NCBI GenBank assembly: GCA_963611535.1
Contig: CAVDRP010000001.1
Coordinates: 376,122 to 440,121 of the forward strand
Source of the DNA: Bacteroidaceae bacterium
Lineage (GTDB): Bacteria; Bacillota; Negativicutes; Acidaminococcales; Acidaminococcaceae
Direction of reading: 5' to 3'
Length of the DNA stretch: 64,000 nt
This document shows positions 39,192-48,752 of this stretch, in pieces. The notes under the pieces were generated by a model. It was not told where the DNA came from, ran no database searches, and saw nothing but the letters and a program-made list of their open reading frames with translations. How positions within the stretch are numbered: the stretch's first letter is position 1; every line of letters begins with the position of its first letter. Both the position numbers and the translations under genes were made by a program.

Positions 39192-40049
39192 TTATTTTTC
39201 CTCCAAAACTACATTATCAATCAGACGGGTAGTGCCAAATTTAACTGCTACAGCAAGTAAGTTGCTGCCTGTCATCGGGCTTGCCACAGGCTTCAGCTCT
39301 GGCAAAGCATAAATTTCTACATAATCAATATTGCTCATCGGCTCTTCGCTGATAGAAGCGGTAACTGCGGCAGTAATCTTGGCTGCATCGCGTTCGCCTG
39401 CTTCGTACTGCTCCTTAGCGGCCTTCAGACTGCGACTGAGCACCAGTGCTGCCCTATGCTCTGCGTCACTAAGATAGGTATTGCGGGAGCTTTTTGCCAG
39501 GCCGTCAGCTTCACGCACGATAGGCATAATGCGCAATTGAATATTGAAGAATAAATCCTTTACCATGCGTTTTAAAACTTCTACCTGTTGTGCATCCTTT
39601 TGGCCAAAGTAAGCACGGTCAGGCTGCGCCAGATTAAATAGCTTAGATACAACAGTGGTTACGCCACGGAAGTGAATAGGACGTGTACGGCCGCACAAAA
39701 CCTTAGTGATGTCACCTGTAACCTCAACCCAGGTTGCATCCTCACTAGGATACATTTCCTTAGGAGAAGGAGCAAAAACAACGTTCGCGCCCATTTTTTC
39801 AGCCAATTGGCAATCTGCCTCCAAGGTACGCGGATAAGCATCCAGATCCTCGTTCGGGCCAAATTGGGTGGGATTAACAAAAACGCTGACTACAACAAAA
39901 TCATTTTCCTTATTTGCCGCACTAATCAAGGATGCATGACCTTCATGTAACGCACCCATAGTAGGCACCAAGCCAATCGTCAGCCCTTTAGCTTTTGCTG
40001 CTGCAACCTCCTCACGCAGTTCTGCCACCGTATGTACTAATTTCATCAT
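39192..40049 (-). CDS. panC: Pantoate--beta-alanine ligase
   Basis: [33 protein letters not shown]. Confidence 0.97.
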   Translation of the reverse strand: MMKLVHTVAELREEVAAAKAKGLTIGLVPTMGALHEGHASLISAANKENDFVVVSVFVNPTQFGPNEDLDAYPRTLEADCQLAEKMGANVVFAPSPKEMYPSEDATWVEVTGDITKVLCGRTRPIHFRGVTTVVSKLFNLAQPDRAYFGQKDAQQVEVLKRMVKDLFFNIQLRIMPIVREADGLAKSSRNTYLSDAEHRAALVLSRSLKAAKEQYEAGERDAAKITAAVTASISEEPMSNIDYVEIYALPELKPVASPMTGSNLLAVAVKFGTTRLIDNVVLEEK

Positions 40050-40066
40050 TCATTACCTCGCTTCTA

Positions 40067-40900
40067 TCAATATAGTTTTTCTAAAACTGCTTCATCGATT
40101 CTAAATGTATGCTCCTGTGCCGGGAAGCTCCTTGTTTTGACATCTACAATATATGCCTTTACAGCTTCTACAGTAATATCATGTAAATTGGTATATTTTT
40201 TCACAAACTTGGGACAAAAACCGTTAGAAATACCCAAAAGATCGTTGCACACCAATACTTGGCCATCACAGCCATTGCCAGCACCAATGCCGATAGTTGC
40301 CATAGTGGTGAGCTCGCTCGTCACCTTTGCAGCTAATGCTGCCGGCACACATTCCAGCACACAGGCAAACGCACCTGCTGCCTCCAAGGCCTTGGCATCG
40401 TCTATCATCTTCTGTGCTGCCGTTATATCCTTACCCTGTACCTTAAAGCCGCCAAGCTGGTTTACGGATTGCGGCGTCAGCCCAATGTGAGCGCATACAG
40501 GAATACCTGCCTGAACCAAACGCTCCACCAAAGGCGCAACCTCGGCACCACCTTCAAGCTTAACAGCTGTGCAGCCTGTTTCCTTTAAGAAACGTGCTGC
40601 GTTATACATGCCATCTACAATGCTTGCCTGGTAACTCATAAACGGCATATCTCCTACAACTAGTGCTGTACTGTTACCACGCATAACTGCTTTGGTGTGA
40701 TGAATCATTTCATCCATTGTTACAGGAACGGTGGAATTGTAACCCAGGATCACGTTACCTAAGGAATCGCCCACCAAGATCATATCAATACCAGCTTCAT
40801 TGACATTGCGGGACATAGCAACATCATACGCGGTAATCATAGTAATCGGCTCTCCCTTTTGCTTCATTTCCTTAATGGTCGCTACAGTTACTTGTTTCAT
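40067..40900 (-). CDS. panB: 3-methyl-2-oxobutanoate hydroxymethyltransferase
   Basis: TAYD, LVGDSLG, DMPFMSY, KLEGG, HIGLTPQ, GIGAG..CDGQVLV. Confidence 0.97.
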   Translation of the reverse strand: MKQVTVATIKEMKQKGEPITMITAYDVAMSRNVNEAGIDMILVGDSLGNVILGYNSTVPVTMDEMIHHTKAVMRGNSTALVVGDMPFMSYQASIVDGMYNAARFLKETGCTAVKLEGGAEVAPLVERLVQAGIPVCAHIGLTPQSVNQLGGFKVQGKDITAAQKMIDDAKALEAAGAFACVLECVPAALAAKVTSELTTMATIGIGAGNGCDGQVLVCNDLLGISNGFCPKFVKKYTNLHDITVEAVKAYIVDVKTRSFPAQEHTFRIDEAVLEKLY

Positions 40901-41744
40901 AGTATTTTCCTCCTAGCAGACACCTTAATGCTTGTGCTGTTGATGAGTCAATAGTGCCATTTCCTTCAGCCAGCTGTGTTGTTGCCAGCCCCAGAGAGCG
41001 GTATACGTCCTGCAGGTTTAGTGGTAATACCGCCAAGTGCTGTGCCACAGTTTGTGTATCGCCGCGGCCAATAGGTCCCGTAAGCACAATCTGCGGATTG
41101 GCCGCACTACGCAGATTGGTACTAGTGCCCTCAAACAGAGGTAAGAGCGCCTTCCAGGCACTTTCACTATCACCAGTCCAGCGTGTCATAAGCTGCTGCG
41201 CCAATGCCTGTACTGTCACAGCATAATTAGAGCAGATGCAGGCCGCTGCATGATAGGCAGCACGTTCCCCAGCCGGAACAGAAAACGCATGTCCGCCCAA
41301 TAGCCGCACCAGCTCTTTACCTGACGCCTGCGCTGTCTCATCGCCATCAAGTGCCATATACACGCCCGCCAGCTGCGTTTTACCACCAGCAAAGCTTTGC
41401 AGAGGGTGCAGACTGCCAATGTGCGCACCCAAAGCCTGTAGCGGTTCTAGCGGCTTTAAGCCTAGGCTGCCGCTAACGTGCAGCACTACTTTTGGCGCAG
41501 GCCCTGCCTTAGCTGCCAAATCTGCCGCGACTACTGCAACCAGCCTATCAGGCACTGCTATCAGCAAAACATCTGCTGCCTGCCACAGACCTAAATTAGT
41601 CATAACAGGCAAGCCGTAGAGTGCCGCCAACTGTCTGCTGTGCTCTGCACTGCTGGCAGTTATGCCCTCCAAAAGGCCTGCGTCAGCAAAATAAGCAGCC
41701 AGACAGCTGCCTACGCGTCCGCCACCGATAATACCGATACGCAC
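40872..41744 (-). CDS. panG: Rossmann-like/DUF2520 oxidoreductase (PanG-type ketopantoate reductase)
   Basis: IIGGGRVG, VPD, H.SG, HPLQSF, YHAAA, TGPI.RGD; first gene of the pan operon. Confidence 0.75.
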   Translation of the reverse strand: MRIGIIGGGRVGSCLAAYFADAGLLEGITASSAEHSRQLAALYGLPVMTNLGLWQAADVLLIAVPDRLVAVVAADLAAKAGPAPKVVLHVSGSLGLKPLEPLQALGAHIGSLHPLQSFAGGKTQLAGVYMALDGDETAQASGKELVRLLGGHAFSVPAGERAAYHAAACICSNYAVTVQALAQQLMTRWTGDSESAWKALLPLFEGTSTNLRSAANPQIVLTGPIGRGDTQTVAQHLAVLPLNLQDVYRSLGLATTQLAEGNGTIDSSTAQALRCLLGGKYYETSNCSDH

Positions 41745-41805
41745 AATACTCTCCTTTCTGACCACAGGAGACGCCCTTGACAGACAAAATGTCCGAAAGC
41801 TTCAC

Positions 41806-41835
41806 AAAAAAAGCGCATTCCTAACCGGAATGCGC
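41806..41835 (-). terminator. Leader (attenuator) terminator upstream of the pan operon
   Basis: Minus strand GCGCATTCC-GGTTA-GGAATGCGC-TTTTTTT, lying between the promoter and the first CDS. Confidence 0.85.
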
Positions 41836-41852
41836 ATAATTAGCCTATTTTG

Positions 41853-41960
41853 CGTCTTCGTCCCGGTCTAATAGATCCAAGCGATTATTGACTTAAATAT
41901 TTTTACAGTAACCCCCAGCTGCCCTCTGCTACAGCGCATCCTGCGATGCTGCTGCGCAAC
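41853..41960 (-). ncRNA. pan RNA motif (cis-regulatory leader)
   Basis: Two hairpins, each with two bulged A (GC-GCAGC-A-GCATC/GATGC-GCTGT-A-GC and CG-CTTGG-A-TC/GA-CCGGG-A-CG), in the 5' UTR of panG-panBCD, as described for the pan motif. Confidence 0.75.
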
Positions 41961-42055
41961 AGCCAAAATTTACCGCACTTATAATAGCATATAACAGACC
42001 TGTTGGCAAGCAAAATATGCTATAATACAAACAAAAATACTAAGGAGGCTTTGCT

Positions 42056-42271
42056 ATGCCATACGTAAATATTAAAATCACCAAGGAAGGTAACGTAACC
42101 CCCGAGCAGAAGCGTGCACTCATCGAAGGAGCAACTAATCTGCTTCACGACGTTTTAGGTAAAAACAAGTCAACTACAGTTGTCACTATTGACGAGGTTG
42201 ACACTGATAATTGGGGCATCGGCGGCATCCCCGTTAGCGAAATTCGTAAAATTGCAGCCAATGAAAAATAA
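42056..42271 (+). CDS. 4-oxalocrotonate tautomerase family protein
   Basis: N-terminal Pro1 (MPYVNIKI), T.EQK..LI, NWGIGG. Confidence 0.92.
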   Translation: MPYVNIKITKEGNVTPEQKRALIEGATNLLHDVLGKNKSTTVVTIDEVDTDNWGIGGIPVSEIRKIAANEK

Positions 42272-42381
42272 TTTTTCTACTCATTTACGAGTATTTCTCC
42301 GTCATCTACAAGATATATAAGATCACAGACTGCCTTACCACAAGATACAGTTTGTGATCTTTTTTCTTGCCTGCAAGCCCA

Positions 42382-42477
42382 TGGTTAACCATACTATTTT
42401 GCTAGGTTGACAATAAATCTTTGTCGCCGTATACTTGAGTTGGATTCAAGTTAACCACAGTAATATTTAAGTTAACA
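42382..42477 (+). promoter_or_regulatory. bio promoter with two BirA-like operators
   Basis: GTTAACC-N14-GGTTGAC overlapping TTGACA (42407) - 17 nt - TATACT (42430); second site GTTAAC-N15-GTTAAC at 42450-42476. Confidence 0.75.
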
Positions 42478-42508
42478 TACAATTATAGAACAGCAAAAGG
42501 AGAGTTGC

Positions 42509-43198
42509 ATGATGGGTAAGGGACTTTTTATTACAGCTATTGGTACGGATGTAGGCAAAACCTATGTAACAGGCTTATTAGTCAAACGCCTGCGCGATGC
42601 CAAGCTAAACGCCGGTTATTACAAGGCAGCGCTGAGCGGTGCCGAGCGCCAGAGTGACGGCAGCCTGCTGCCCGGTGACGCGGCCTTTGTTGCCAAGCTT
42701 GCAGGCATTAACGAAGCACCGCAGAGCCTAGTATCTTACATCTACGAGGAAGCAGTTTCACCGCACTTGGCAGCACTGCGTGAGGGCAATCCGTTAGAAA
42801 TGAGCAAGGTAGAAGCAGATTACCAGGCTGCCCTTGCTAAATATGATTATTTGACTATGGAAGGCAGCGGTGGCATTATCTGCCCCATCCGCTGGGACGA
42901 AACGCAGCACATTCTGCTGGAGGACATCATCAAGGAGCTAAAGCTTGGCGTCTTGGTAATTTCTAACGCCGTGCTTGGCTCCATCAACAGCTGCGTCCTT
43001 ACTATTTCCTACCTGCGCCAAAGGGAGATTCCTGTCCGCGGCATCATCCTTAACAATTATGACGCTGATGACTTTATGCAGATAGACAACAAACGTATGA
43101 TGGAGGCACTGACAGGCGTTCCCATCCTTGCCTGCGTACCAGCGAACGCCAGCGAAATAGATATTGATGTAAATTTATTAAGAAGCTTATATAACTAA
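42509..43198 (+). CDS. bioD: Dethiobiotin synthetase
   Basis: FIT..GTDVGKT, SPHLAA, EGSGG, LGSIN. Confidence 0.95.
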   Translation: MMGKGLFITAIGTDVGKTYVTGLLVKRLRDAKLNAGYYKAALSGAERQSDGSLLPGDAAFVAKLAGINEAPQSLVSYIYEEAVSPHLAALREGNPLEMSKVEADYQAALAKYDYLTMEGSGGIICPIRWDETQHILLEDIIKELKLGVLVISNAVLGSINSCVLTISYLRQREIPVRGIILNNYDADDFMQIDNKRMMEALTGVPILACVPANASEIDIDVNLLRSLYN

Positions 43199-43251
43199 CC
43201 TGCCACGTAAAAAATTTCGTATCGCTAAAGCAGCACAAGGAGGAAGAAATA

Positions 43252-44607
43252 ATGAATAACAAGGTAGCAGACCTGCAAAAACGCGACTTAGCACATATCT
43301 GGCATCCGTGCTCCCAAATGAAGGATTACGAAAGCCTGCCCCCCATCATTGTTGACCATGCACAGGGTCCATACCTATATGCCGCCGACGGCACAGCCTA
43401 TCTGGACATCATCAGCAGCTGGTGGTGCAACCTTTTAGGACATTGCAACCCTAAAATCAACGCCGCTATCAAAGAACAAATCGACCAGCTGGAGCACGTC
43501 ATCTTTGTCAACTTCACACACGAGCCTGCTATCAAGCTGTGCGAGGAGCTATGCGAGGTTGTTCCCCCAGGCCTGACAAAATTCAACTTTGCCGACAACG
43601 GCTCTGCCTCCGTTGAAATCGCCCTGAAGCTGGCCTTCCAGTACCAGCTGCAAACAGGCCACGGCGAGCGCCAACGCTTTATGTGCCTCAGCGAAGGCTA
43701 CCACGGTGAAACCATCGGTGCGCTTTCGGTAGGTAGCATGGATCTGTTTGCGCAAATGTATAAGCCTATGATGATGAACAACATCCACGTGCAGGCCCCA
43801 GACTGCTATCGCTGTCCCTTTAACAAGGATAGAGAGCACTGCAGCTGCGAATGCTTTAAATTTGCCGAGGAAGAATTTGCCAAGCACGCCCACGAAACGG
43901 CTGCCATCATCGTCGAGCCCATCGTCCAAGGCTGTGCAGGTATGCGTATCTACCCCGCGCTCTATCTGCAAAAGCTGCGCAAGCTCTGCGACGAATACGG
44001 TGTGCTTTTGATCGCAGATGAAATTGCTACAGGCTTTGGCCGCACAGGCAAAATGTTTGCCTGCAACCACGCCGGCATTACGCCTGATATTATGTGCATT
44101 AGCAAGGCGCTCACTGGCGGCTATCTGCCTATGTCCATCGTCTGCACCACCGATAAAATTTTTGCTGCCTTCTACGATGATTACAACAAGGGCAAGCAGT
44201 TTATGCACAGCCACACCTATGCCGGTAATCCCATCGGCTGCGCCACCGCCCTCGCAGTACTCAAGATTATGAAGGAAGAACGTATTTTGGAGCAGGCCGC
44301 TGGCAAAGCAAAATACTTCCACTCTGCTCTTATGGATACCTTTGGCAAGCACAAAAATATCGGTGAAATCCGCCACATCGGCCTGATTAACGCCATGGAG
44401 CTAGTTACAGACAAAGCAACAAAAACAGGCTTTGATGGCAATTTGCGCATAGGCTACGAAATTTATAAAAAAGCATTAACCCATGGCCTTTTACTGCGTC
44501 CTCTAGGAAACGTTATTTACTTTAACCCGCCGCTAAACATTGAAGCTGCAGATTTAGATAAAGCAGTCAAGTTAGCTAAGCTAGCTATGGATGAAGTATT
44601 AAAGTAA
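43252..44607 (+). CDS. bioA: 7,8-diaminononanoate synthase (DAPA aminotransferase)
   Basis: WHPCSQMKD, SSWW, YHGET, DEIATGFGRTG, HSHTYAGNP. Confidence 0.95.
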   Translation: MNNKVADLQKRDLAHIWHPCSQMKDYESLPPIIVDHAQGPYLYAADGTAYLDIISSWWCNLLGHCNPKINAAIKEQIDQLEHVIFVNFTHEPAIKLCEELCEVVPPGLTKFNFADNGSASVEIALKLAFQYQLQTGHGERQRFMCLSEGYHGETIGALSVGSMDLFAQMYKPMMMNNIHVQAPDCYRCPFNKDREHCSCECFKFAEEEFAKHAHETAAIIVEPIVQGCAGMRIYPALYLQKLRKLCDEYGVLLIADEIATGFGRTGKMFACNHAGITPDIMCISKALTGGYLPMSIVCTTDKIFAAFYDDYNKGKQFMHSHTYAGNPIGCATALAVLKIMKEERILEQAAGKAKYFHSALMDTFGKHKNIGEIRHIGLINAMELVTDKATKTGFDGNLRIGYEIYKKALTHGLLLRPLGNVIYFNPPLNIEAADLDKAVKLAKLAMDEVLK

Positions 44608-44617
44608 GGAGGCTGCC

Positions 44618-45103
44618 ATGAAAACCCTCACCCTCAAGGAGCTCACCACCATCGCTCTGCTCGGCGTACTGATTTTAATTTCCGGCTCATTTAAAATCCC
44701 CTCACCTGTCGCAGGCGGCGAATTCCAGCTTTCTGCTCCCATCGCAGTGCTCATCTGTGCCTGCTTTGGCTTTAAACGCTACATTATCGCCGGCATTTTA
44801 GCCAGCATGCTGGGGATGATGCTAGGAATGCACACCATCATCAACGTACTGGTGCAGATGGTTTTTCGCGTAGTCGCTGGCGGTACCATGGCCGTTTTGG
44901 GCACCAATCTTGTAACAGTCATCGTCAGCGGTCCGCTTGGGACCCTTGCTGCACGCATCGCGCTTTGGCAGGTTACGGGCGTAAGCTGGCAGGTGCTCAC
45001 TGCCGCCGCCTTTCCGGGAATGATTTTTACTGCCATAGCTGCAGGTGCCTTTTATAAGCCTGCGCAAAAATTGATTACTAAAATTGTGTTAGCAAGAAAT
45101 TAA
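44618..45103 (+). CDS. bioX: BioX-like membrane protein
   Basis: Hydrophobic 161-aa protein; FKIP....EFQLSAPIAV.I...FGFKRY..AG...GP.GT..AR matches my recollection of Lysinibacillus sphaericus BioX; lies directly upstream of bioW/F. Confidence 0.7.
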   Translation: MKTLTLKELTTIALLGVLILISGSFKIPSPVAGGEFQLSAPIAVLICACFGFKRYIIAGILASMLGMMLGMHTIINVLVQMVFRVVAGGTMAVLGTNLVTVIVSGPLGTLAARIALWQVTGVSWQVLTAAAFPGMIFTAIAAGAFYKPAQKLITKIVLARN

Positions 45104-45115
45104 GGTGAAATATTT

Positions 45116-47020
45116 ATGCCTCTTTATAGTATAAAAATGCGTGCCTCCAAAGGTAATTTACACGTCAGCGGTGCCGAACGCATTATTGAACAAAACGATA
45201 TCACAGCTGCCGTCAGCGCACTTACGGAGCGTGCGCTGCACCATGGCTTAGGACGGGCCGACTTCATCAACGTAAAAATGGAGGAGGTATCTCCCTCGCA
45301 GCTACAATACCTAGATGCCCTCCCCGTCAGCAAGCGTCCTGCCCAAACTGTAGAAGAAGCCTATCAGATAATGAAGGAATTACTGTGCGAGCTGGGGTTA
45401 GCAAGCAAAGCTGATGAATTAATTACATTGTTGCGCTGCAACCATCCCATGCGCGGTGCGGTGCTGTATGACGTTGCTACAAGCACGCGCCTAGAACCGG
45501 ATCCCGAACGCGGCATCCGCGTCACCTATATGGACGCTGCCGGTGCAGCCAGTGCCAGCAGCTGCAAAAACCATTTCCGCGAAGCTCTTGTGCTTGCCAC
45601 CAAGGTGGTGCATGCGCCTGGCATCATCGCCGAGCTGTGCCTTTCGGATGACCCTGATTACCTTGTCGGCTACCTTGCATCGGTAAAGCATGGCTATGTG
45701 CGCCTTATGCCGATGAAGGAGCCTGGTAATCCCCACGGCGGCCGTGTCTTTATCTTTGACAGCACCAAGGCCAAGGCAGAGGATGCAATTGCTTATTTAG
45801 AAAAGCAGCGCGTACTCGTGCGCGGCCTGCCTGTAGAAAAGCCCGCCAATCCCGACCCACAGCAAATTTTTGCTGATGAGCTAAAACGCTTGCAAAAGCA
45901 AAGCCTGTACCGCTCCATGCGTACAATGGACAGCGAGCAGAGCAGATACGTAAACATACAGGGACGCAAAACCTTAATGCTTGCCTCCAACAGCTATTTG
46001 GATCTTGCTGCCGACCCGCGCGTCAAACAGGCTGCGGCTGAGGCAGCACTAAAATGGGGTGCAGGCAGTGGCGGCAGCCGTCTTACTACAGGCAACCTTG
46101 CCCTGCACCAAGCGCTTGAAGCCAAGCTTGCCCAATTTAAGGGCACAGAGGCAGCGCTTGTGTTCAATACAGGCTATATGGCCAACGTAGGCATCATCTC
46201 CGCCCTGTGCGACAGCGAAAGCGTTATCTTCAGTGATGAATATAACCACGCCAGCATCATCGACGGCGCCCGTCTTTCCAAGGCACGCATCGTCGTCTAT
46301 AAGCATAATGATATGCAGGACCTGGAAGCCAAAATCCTCGCTACTCCCTGCAGCAAGGGCTTGATTGTCAGTGATGCGGTTTTTAGTATGGACGGTGACA
46401 TCATCGACCTGCCTGCGTTTGTTGCCCTAGGAAAAAAATATCATCTGCTGACGATGATTGACGAAGCGCATGCCACAGGCGTGATTGGTAAAACCGGTCA
46501 CGGTACAGTAGAGCACTTTGGCGGCACTGCATATCCCGATATTCTTATGGGCACGCTCAGCAAGGCTCTTGGCGCAGAAGGCGGTTACGCCTGCTCCAGC
46601 AGGATTATCATCGAATACCTCAAAAACAAAGCGCGTAGCTTTATTTTTGCCACCGCCCAGGCCCCTGCAACACTGGCGGCCGCACTCCGTGCTATCGAAG
46701 TGCTGGAGGCAGAGCCGCAGCGTGCGCAAAGCCTGCAGCACAACGTAGAGCTCTTTTTAAACACCCTGCACGCAGAAGGCGTAGAGGCAGCCTCCCCCAC
46801 TGCCATCATTCCCGTCATTATCGGCGATGAAGCGACTGCCTTAAAGGTAGCAGACGAGCTGCTGGCAAACGGCGTACTCGCTCCCGCCATCCGCTATCCT
46901 ACAGTTGCCAAAGGCACTGCACGCCTGCGCATCGCGCTTATGGCAACGCACACACAAGAAGAGCTTACGCAGACAGCGAAGCTCATCGGTACGGCAATAA
47001 GAAAATATCAGAACGTATAA
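45116..47020 (+). CDS. bioWF: Fused pimeloyl-CoA synthetase (BioW) and 8-amino-7-oxononanoate synthase (BioF)
   Basis: N-terminal YSIKMRAS..HVSGAERI, RGIRVT.MD, EAL.LATKV, SDDPDY..GY; C-terminal SNSYL.L, GSGGSRL, NHASIIDG, FSMDGD, DEAH, GTLSKA; one uninterrupted ORF. Confidence 0.9.
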   Translation: MPLYSIKMRASKGNLHVSGAERIIEQNDITAAVSALTERALHHGLGRADFINVKMEEVSPSQLQYLDALPVSKRPAQTVEEAYQIMKELLCELGLASKADELITLLRCNHPMRGAVLYDVATSTRLEPDPERGIRVTYMDAAGAASASSCKNHFREALVLATKVVHAPGIIAELCLSDDPDYLVGYLASVKHGYVRLMPMKEPGNPHGGRVFIFDSTKAKAEDAIAYLEKQRVLVRGLPVEKPANPDPQQIFADELKRLQKQSLYRSMRTMDSEQSRYVNIQGRKTLMLASNSYLDLAADPRVKQAAAEAALKWGAGSGGSRLTTGNLALHQALEAKLAQFKGTEAALVFNTGYMANVGIISALCDSESVIFSDEYNHASIIDGARLSKARIVVYKHNDMQDLEAKILATPCSKGLIVSDAVFSMDGDIIDLPAFVALGKKYHLLTMIDEAHATGVIGKTGHGTVEHFGGTAYPDILMGTLSKALGAEGGYACSSRIIIEYLKNKARSFIFATAQAPATLAAALRAIEVLEAEPQRAQSLQHNVELFLNTLHAEGVEAASPTAIIPVIIGDEATALKVADELLANGVLAPAIRYPTVAKGTARLRIALMATHTQEELTQTAKLIGTAIRKYQNV

Positions 47021-47066
47021 AAAAATGAGCTGACTTGCGCACAATGCCAAGGTCAGCTCGTTTTTA
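47019..47066. terminator. Bidirectional terminator between bioWF and merR
   Basis: A-run, GAGCTGAC...GTCAGCTC stem, T-run. Confidence 0.7.
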
Positions 47067-47070
47067 TTAT

Positions 47071-47478
47071 TTATTCCTCCGTGCTTGCTACCTTAATCAG
47101 GTTACTGATATACGGCCGCTTGCCGCTAAGCACGTCATTATAAAAATTCTGCTTCCAATCTATGTAAGCCATGCTTTCTTTAATCTTATCTAGCTGCTGC
47201 TGCAAGGCCTCCTGCTTACGCGCCAAAATCTGCTGACGTGTCGCAATGCTTGCTGGTCCTTGCAGGCAAAGTGCCAAATATTCCTTCATTTCCTCAATCG
47301 ACATACCGCATTTTTTCAAGCAATTCAAATCCTTAATCCACTTCACCGTCGCATCATCAAAATAGCGGCGGTTGTTTTTATCTCTGTGCACATTAGGAAT
47401 CAGGCCTTCGTTACAATAAAACTTCAGCGCCTGATAGCTTAAACCAGTTTCGCGACATGCTTCCATCATTGTATACAT
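47071..47478 (-). CDS. MerR-family transcriptional regulator
   Basis: YT....GLS...L.FY...GLIP.V.RD.NNRR.F, GMSI.EMK.Y. Confidence 0.92.
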   Translation of the reverse strand: MYTMMEACRETGLSYQALKFYCNEGLIPNVHRDKNNRRYFDDATVKWIKDLNCLKKCGMSIEEMKEYLALCLQGPASIATRQQILARKQEALQQQLDKIKESMAYIDWKQNFYNDVLSGKRPYISNLIKVASTEE

Positions 47479-47512
47479 AACAAAGCCTCCTTAAAATTTT
47501 TCAAAAAAGTGC

Positions 47513-47543
47513 TTGACCGATTGTTGCTATCGGTTGTTATACT
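47513..47543 (+). promoter_or_regulatory. MerR-type promoter with 19-bp spacer and dyad operator
   Basis: TTGACC (47513) - 19 nt - TATACT (47538); ACCGAT-N7-ATCGGT dyad at 47516-47534. Confidence 0.8.
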
Positions 47544-47624
47544 CCAATTGTAGCTAGAAAAAAGCACGATGTCAAAAAAACTAACCTAGGTTATATAAGA
47601 AAAAACGAAAGTGAGGACTTGATT

Positions 47625-48683
47625 ATGAAAAAGACTATTTTAACTGCTGCAATGATTATGGCTTTGGGAATCACTGGTGTTGCTGGCGCAGCTCCTGCAA
47701 AAAATCCTTACGGACTTGTATATAATGGTGCCATTAGCCAAAATGTTGCTGGTCAGGTAAATATCCATCCTGTTAATTACAGCCTGCACGGTGTAAAAAT
47801 TGCCGCTAATGTTTATACTCCTGCTAATTACGATAAGAATAAATCCTATCCTGCTATTGTAGTTGCTCATCCTAACGGTGGCGTAAAAGAACAGGTTGCA
47901 GGGCTTTACGCCCAAAGCCTGGCTGAAAAAGGTTATATCACTATTGCTGCTGACGCTGCCTTCCAGGGTGCAAGCGGCGGCGAACCCCGTCATTTTGATG
48001 TTCCTTATTATCGTACCGAAGATATTCATGGCATGATTGATTTCATCAGCAAATATCCTGGTGTAGATACTAACCGCATCGGTGCGCTCGGCATCTGTGG
48101 CGGCGGTGGCTACACCTTGAATGCTGCCAAATCCGACAAACGCCTCAAGGCAGTTGCAACGCTCAGTATGTTCAACACTGGCCGCGTACGTCGTAACGGT
48201 TATATTGATGGCCAATTAGACACCATCCAAGAACGTCTGGCATCTGCTGCACAAGCCCGCGCCGACGAAGCTGCTACTGGTAAAGTAAGCTTTTCTGGTA
48301 ATGTTGATTTTGATGCACTGACTGACGAAAGTATCGCCAAAATTCCCACCGACCTGTACCGTGAAGGCATGGAATATTATGGCCGCACCCATCGCCATCC
48401 CAATTCTACCTTTGCTTATACAACCGGCAGCCTTATGGAGCTGATGACATGGGACGCAACCGATAATATTGACCTGATTAACGCTCCGCTGCTCCTCATT
48501 GCTGGTGAAAAAGCAGATTCCCGTTATATGTCCGAGGACGCCTTCAAAAAAGCGACTGGCACCAATAATAAAGAGCTGTACATCATCCCTGAAGCAACCC
48601 ACATCAAAACCTACTTCGTCCCTGAATATGTAAATAAAGCATTGGATAAATTAGGCGATTTCTATAAAGCCAATATTAAATAA
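47625..48683 (+). CDS. Alpha/beta hydrolase (YcjY-like) with signal peptide
   Basis: HPNGGVKEQ, GICGGGG (Cys nucleophile elbow), H near the C-terminus. Confidence 0.85.
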   Translation: MKKTILTAAMIMALGITGVAGAAPAKNPYGLVYNGAISQNVAGQVNIHPVNYSLHGVKIAANVYTPANYDKNKSYPAIVVAHPNGGVKEQVAGLYAQSLAEKGYITIAADAAFQGASGGEPRHFDVPYYRTEDIHGMIDFISKYPGVDTNRIGALGICGGGGYTLNAAKSDKRLKAVATLSMFNTGRVRRNGYIDGQLDTIQERLASAAQARADEAATGKVSFSGNVDFDALTDESIAKIPTDLYREGMEYYGRTHRHPNSTFAYTTGSLMELMTWDATDNIDLINAPLLLIAGEKADSRYMSEDAFKKATGTNNKELYIIPEATHIKTYFVPEYVNKALDKLGDFYKANIK

Positions 48684-48752
48684 TTTTTCTGCTGGCAGCC
48701 TGTTTATCTTCAAAGCAGGCTGCTACCGTTATTTTACTACAAGGAGAAAACC

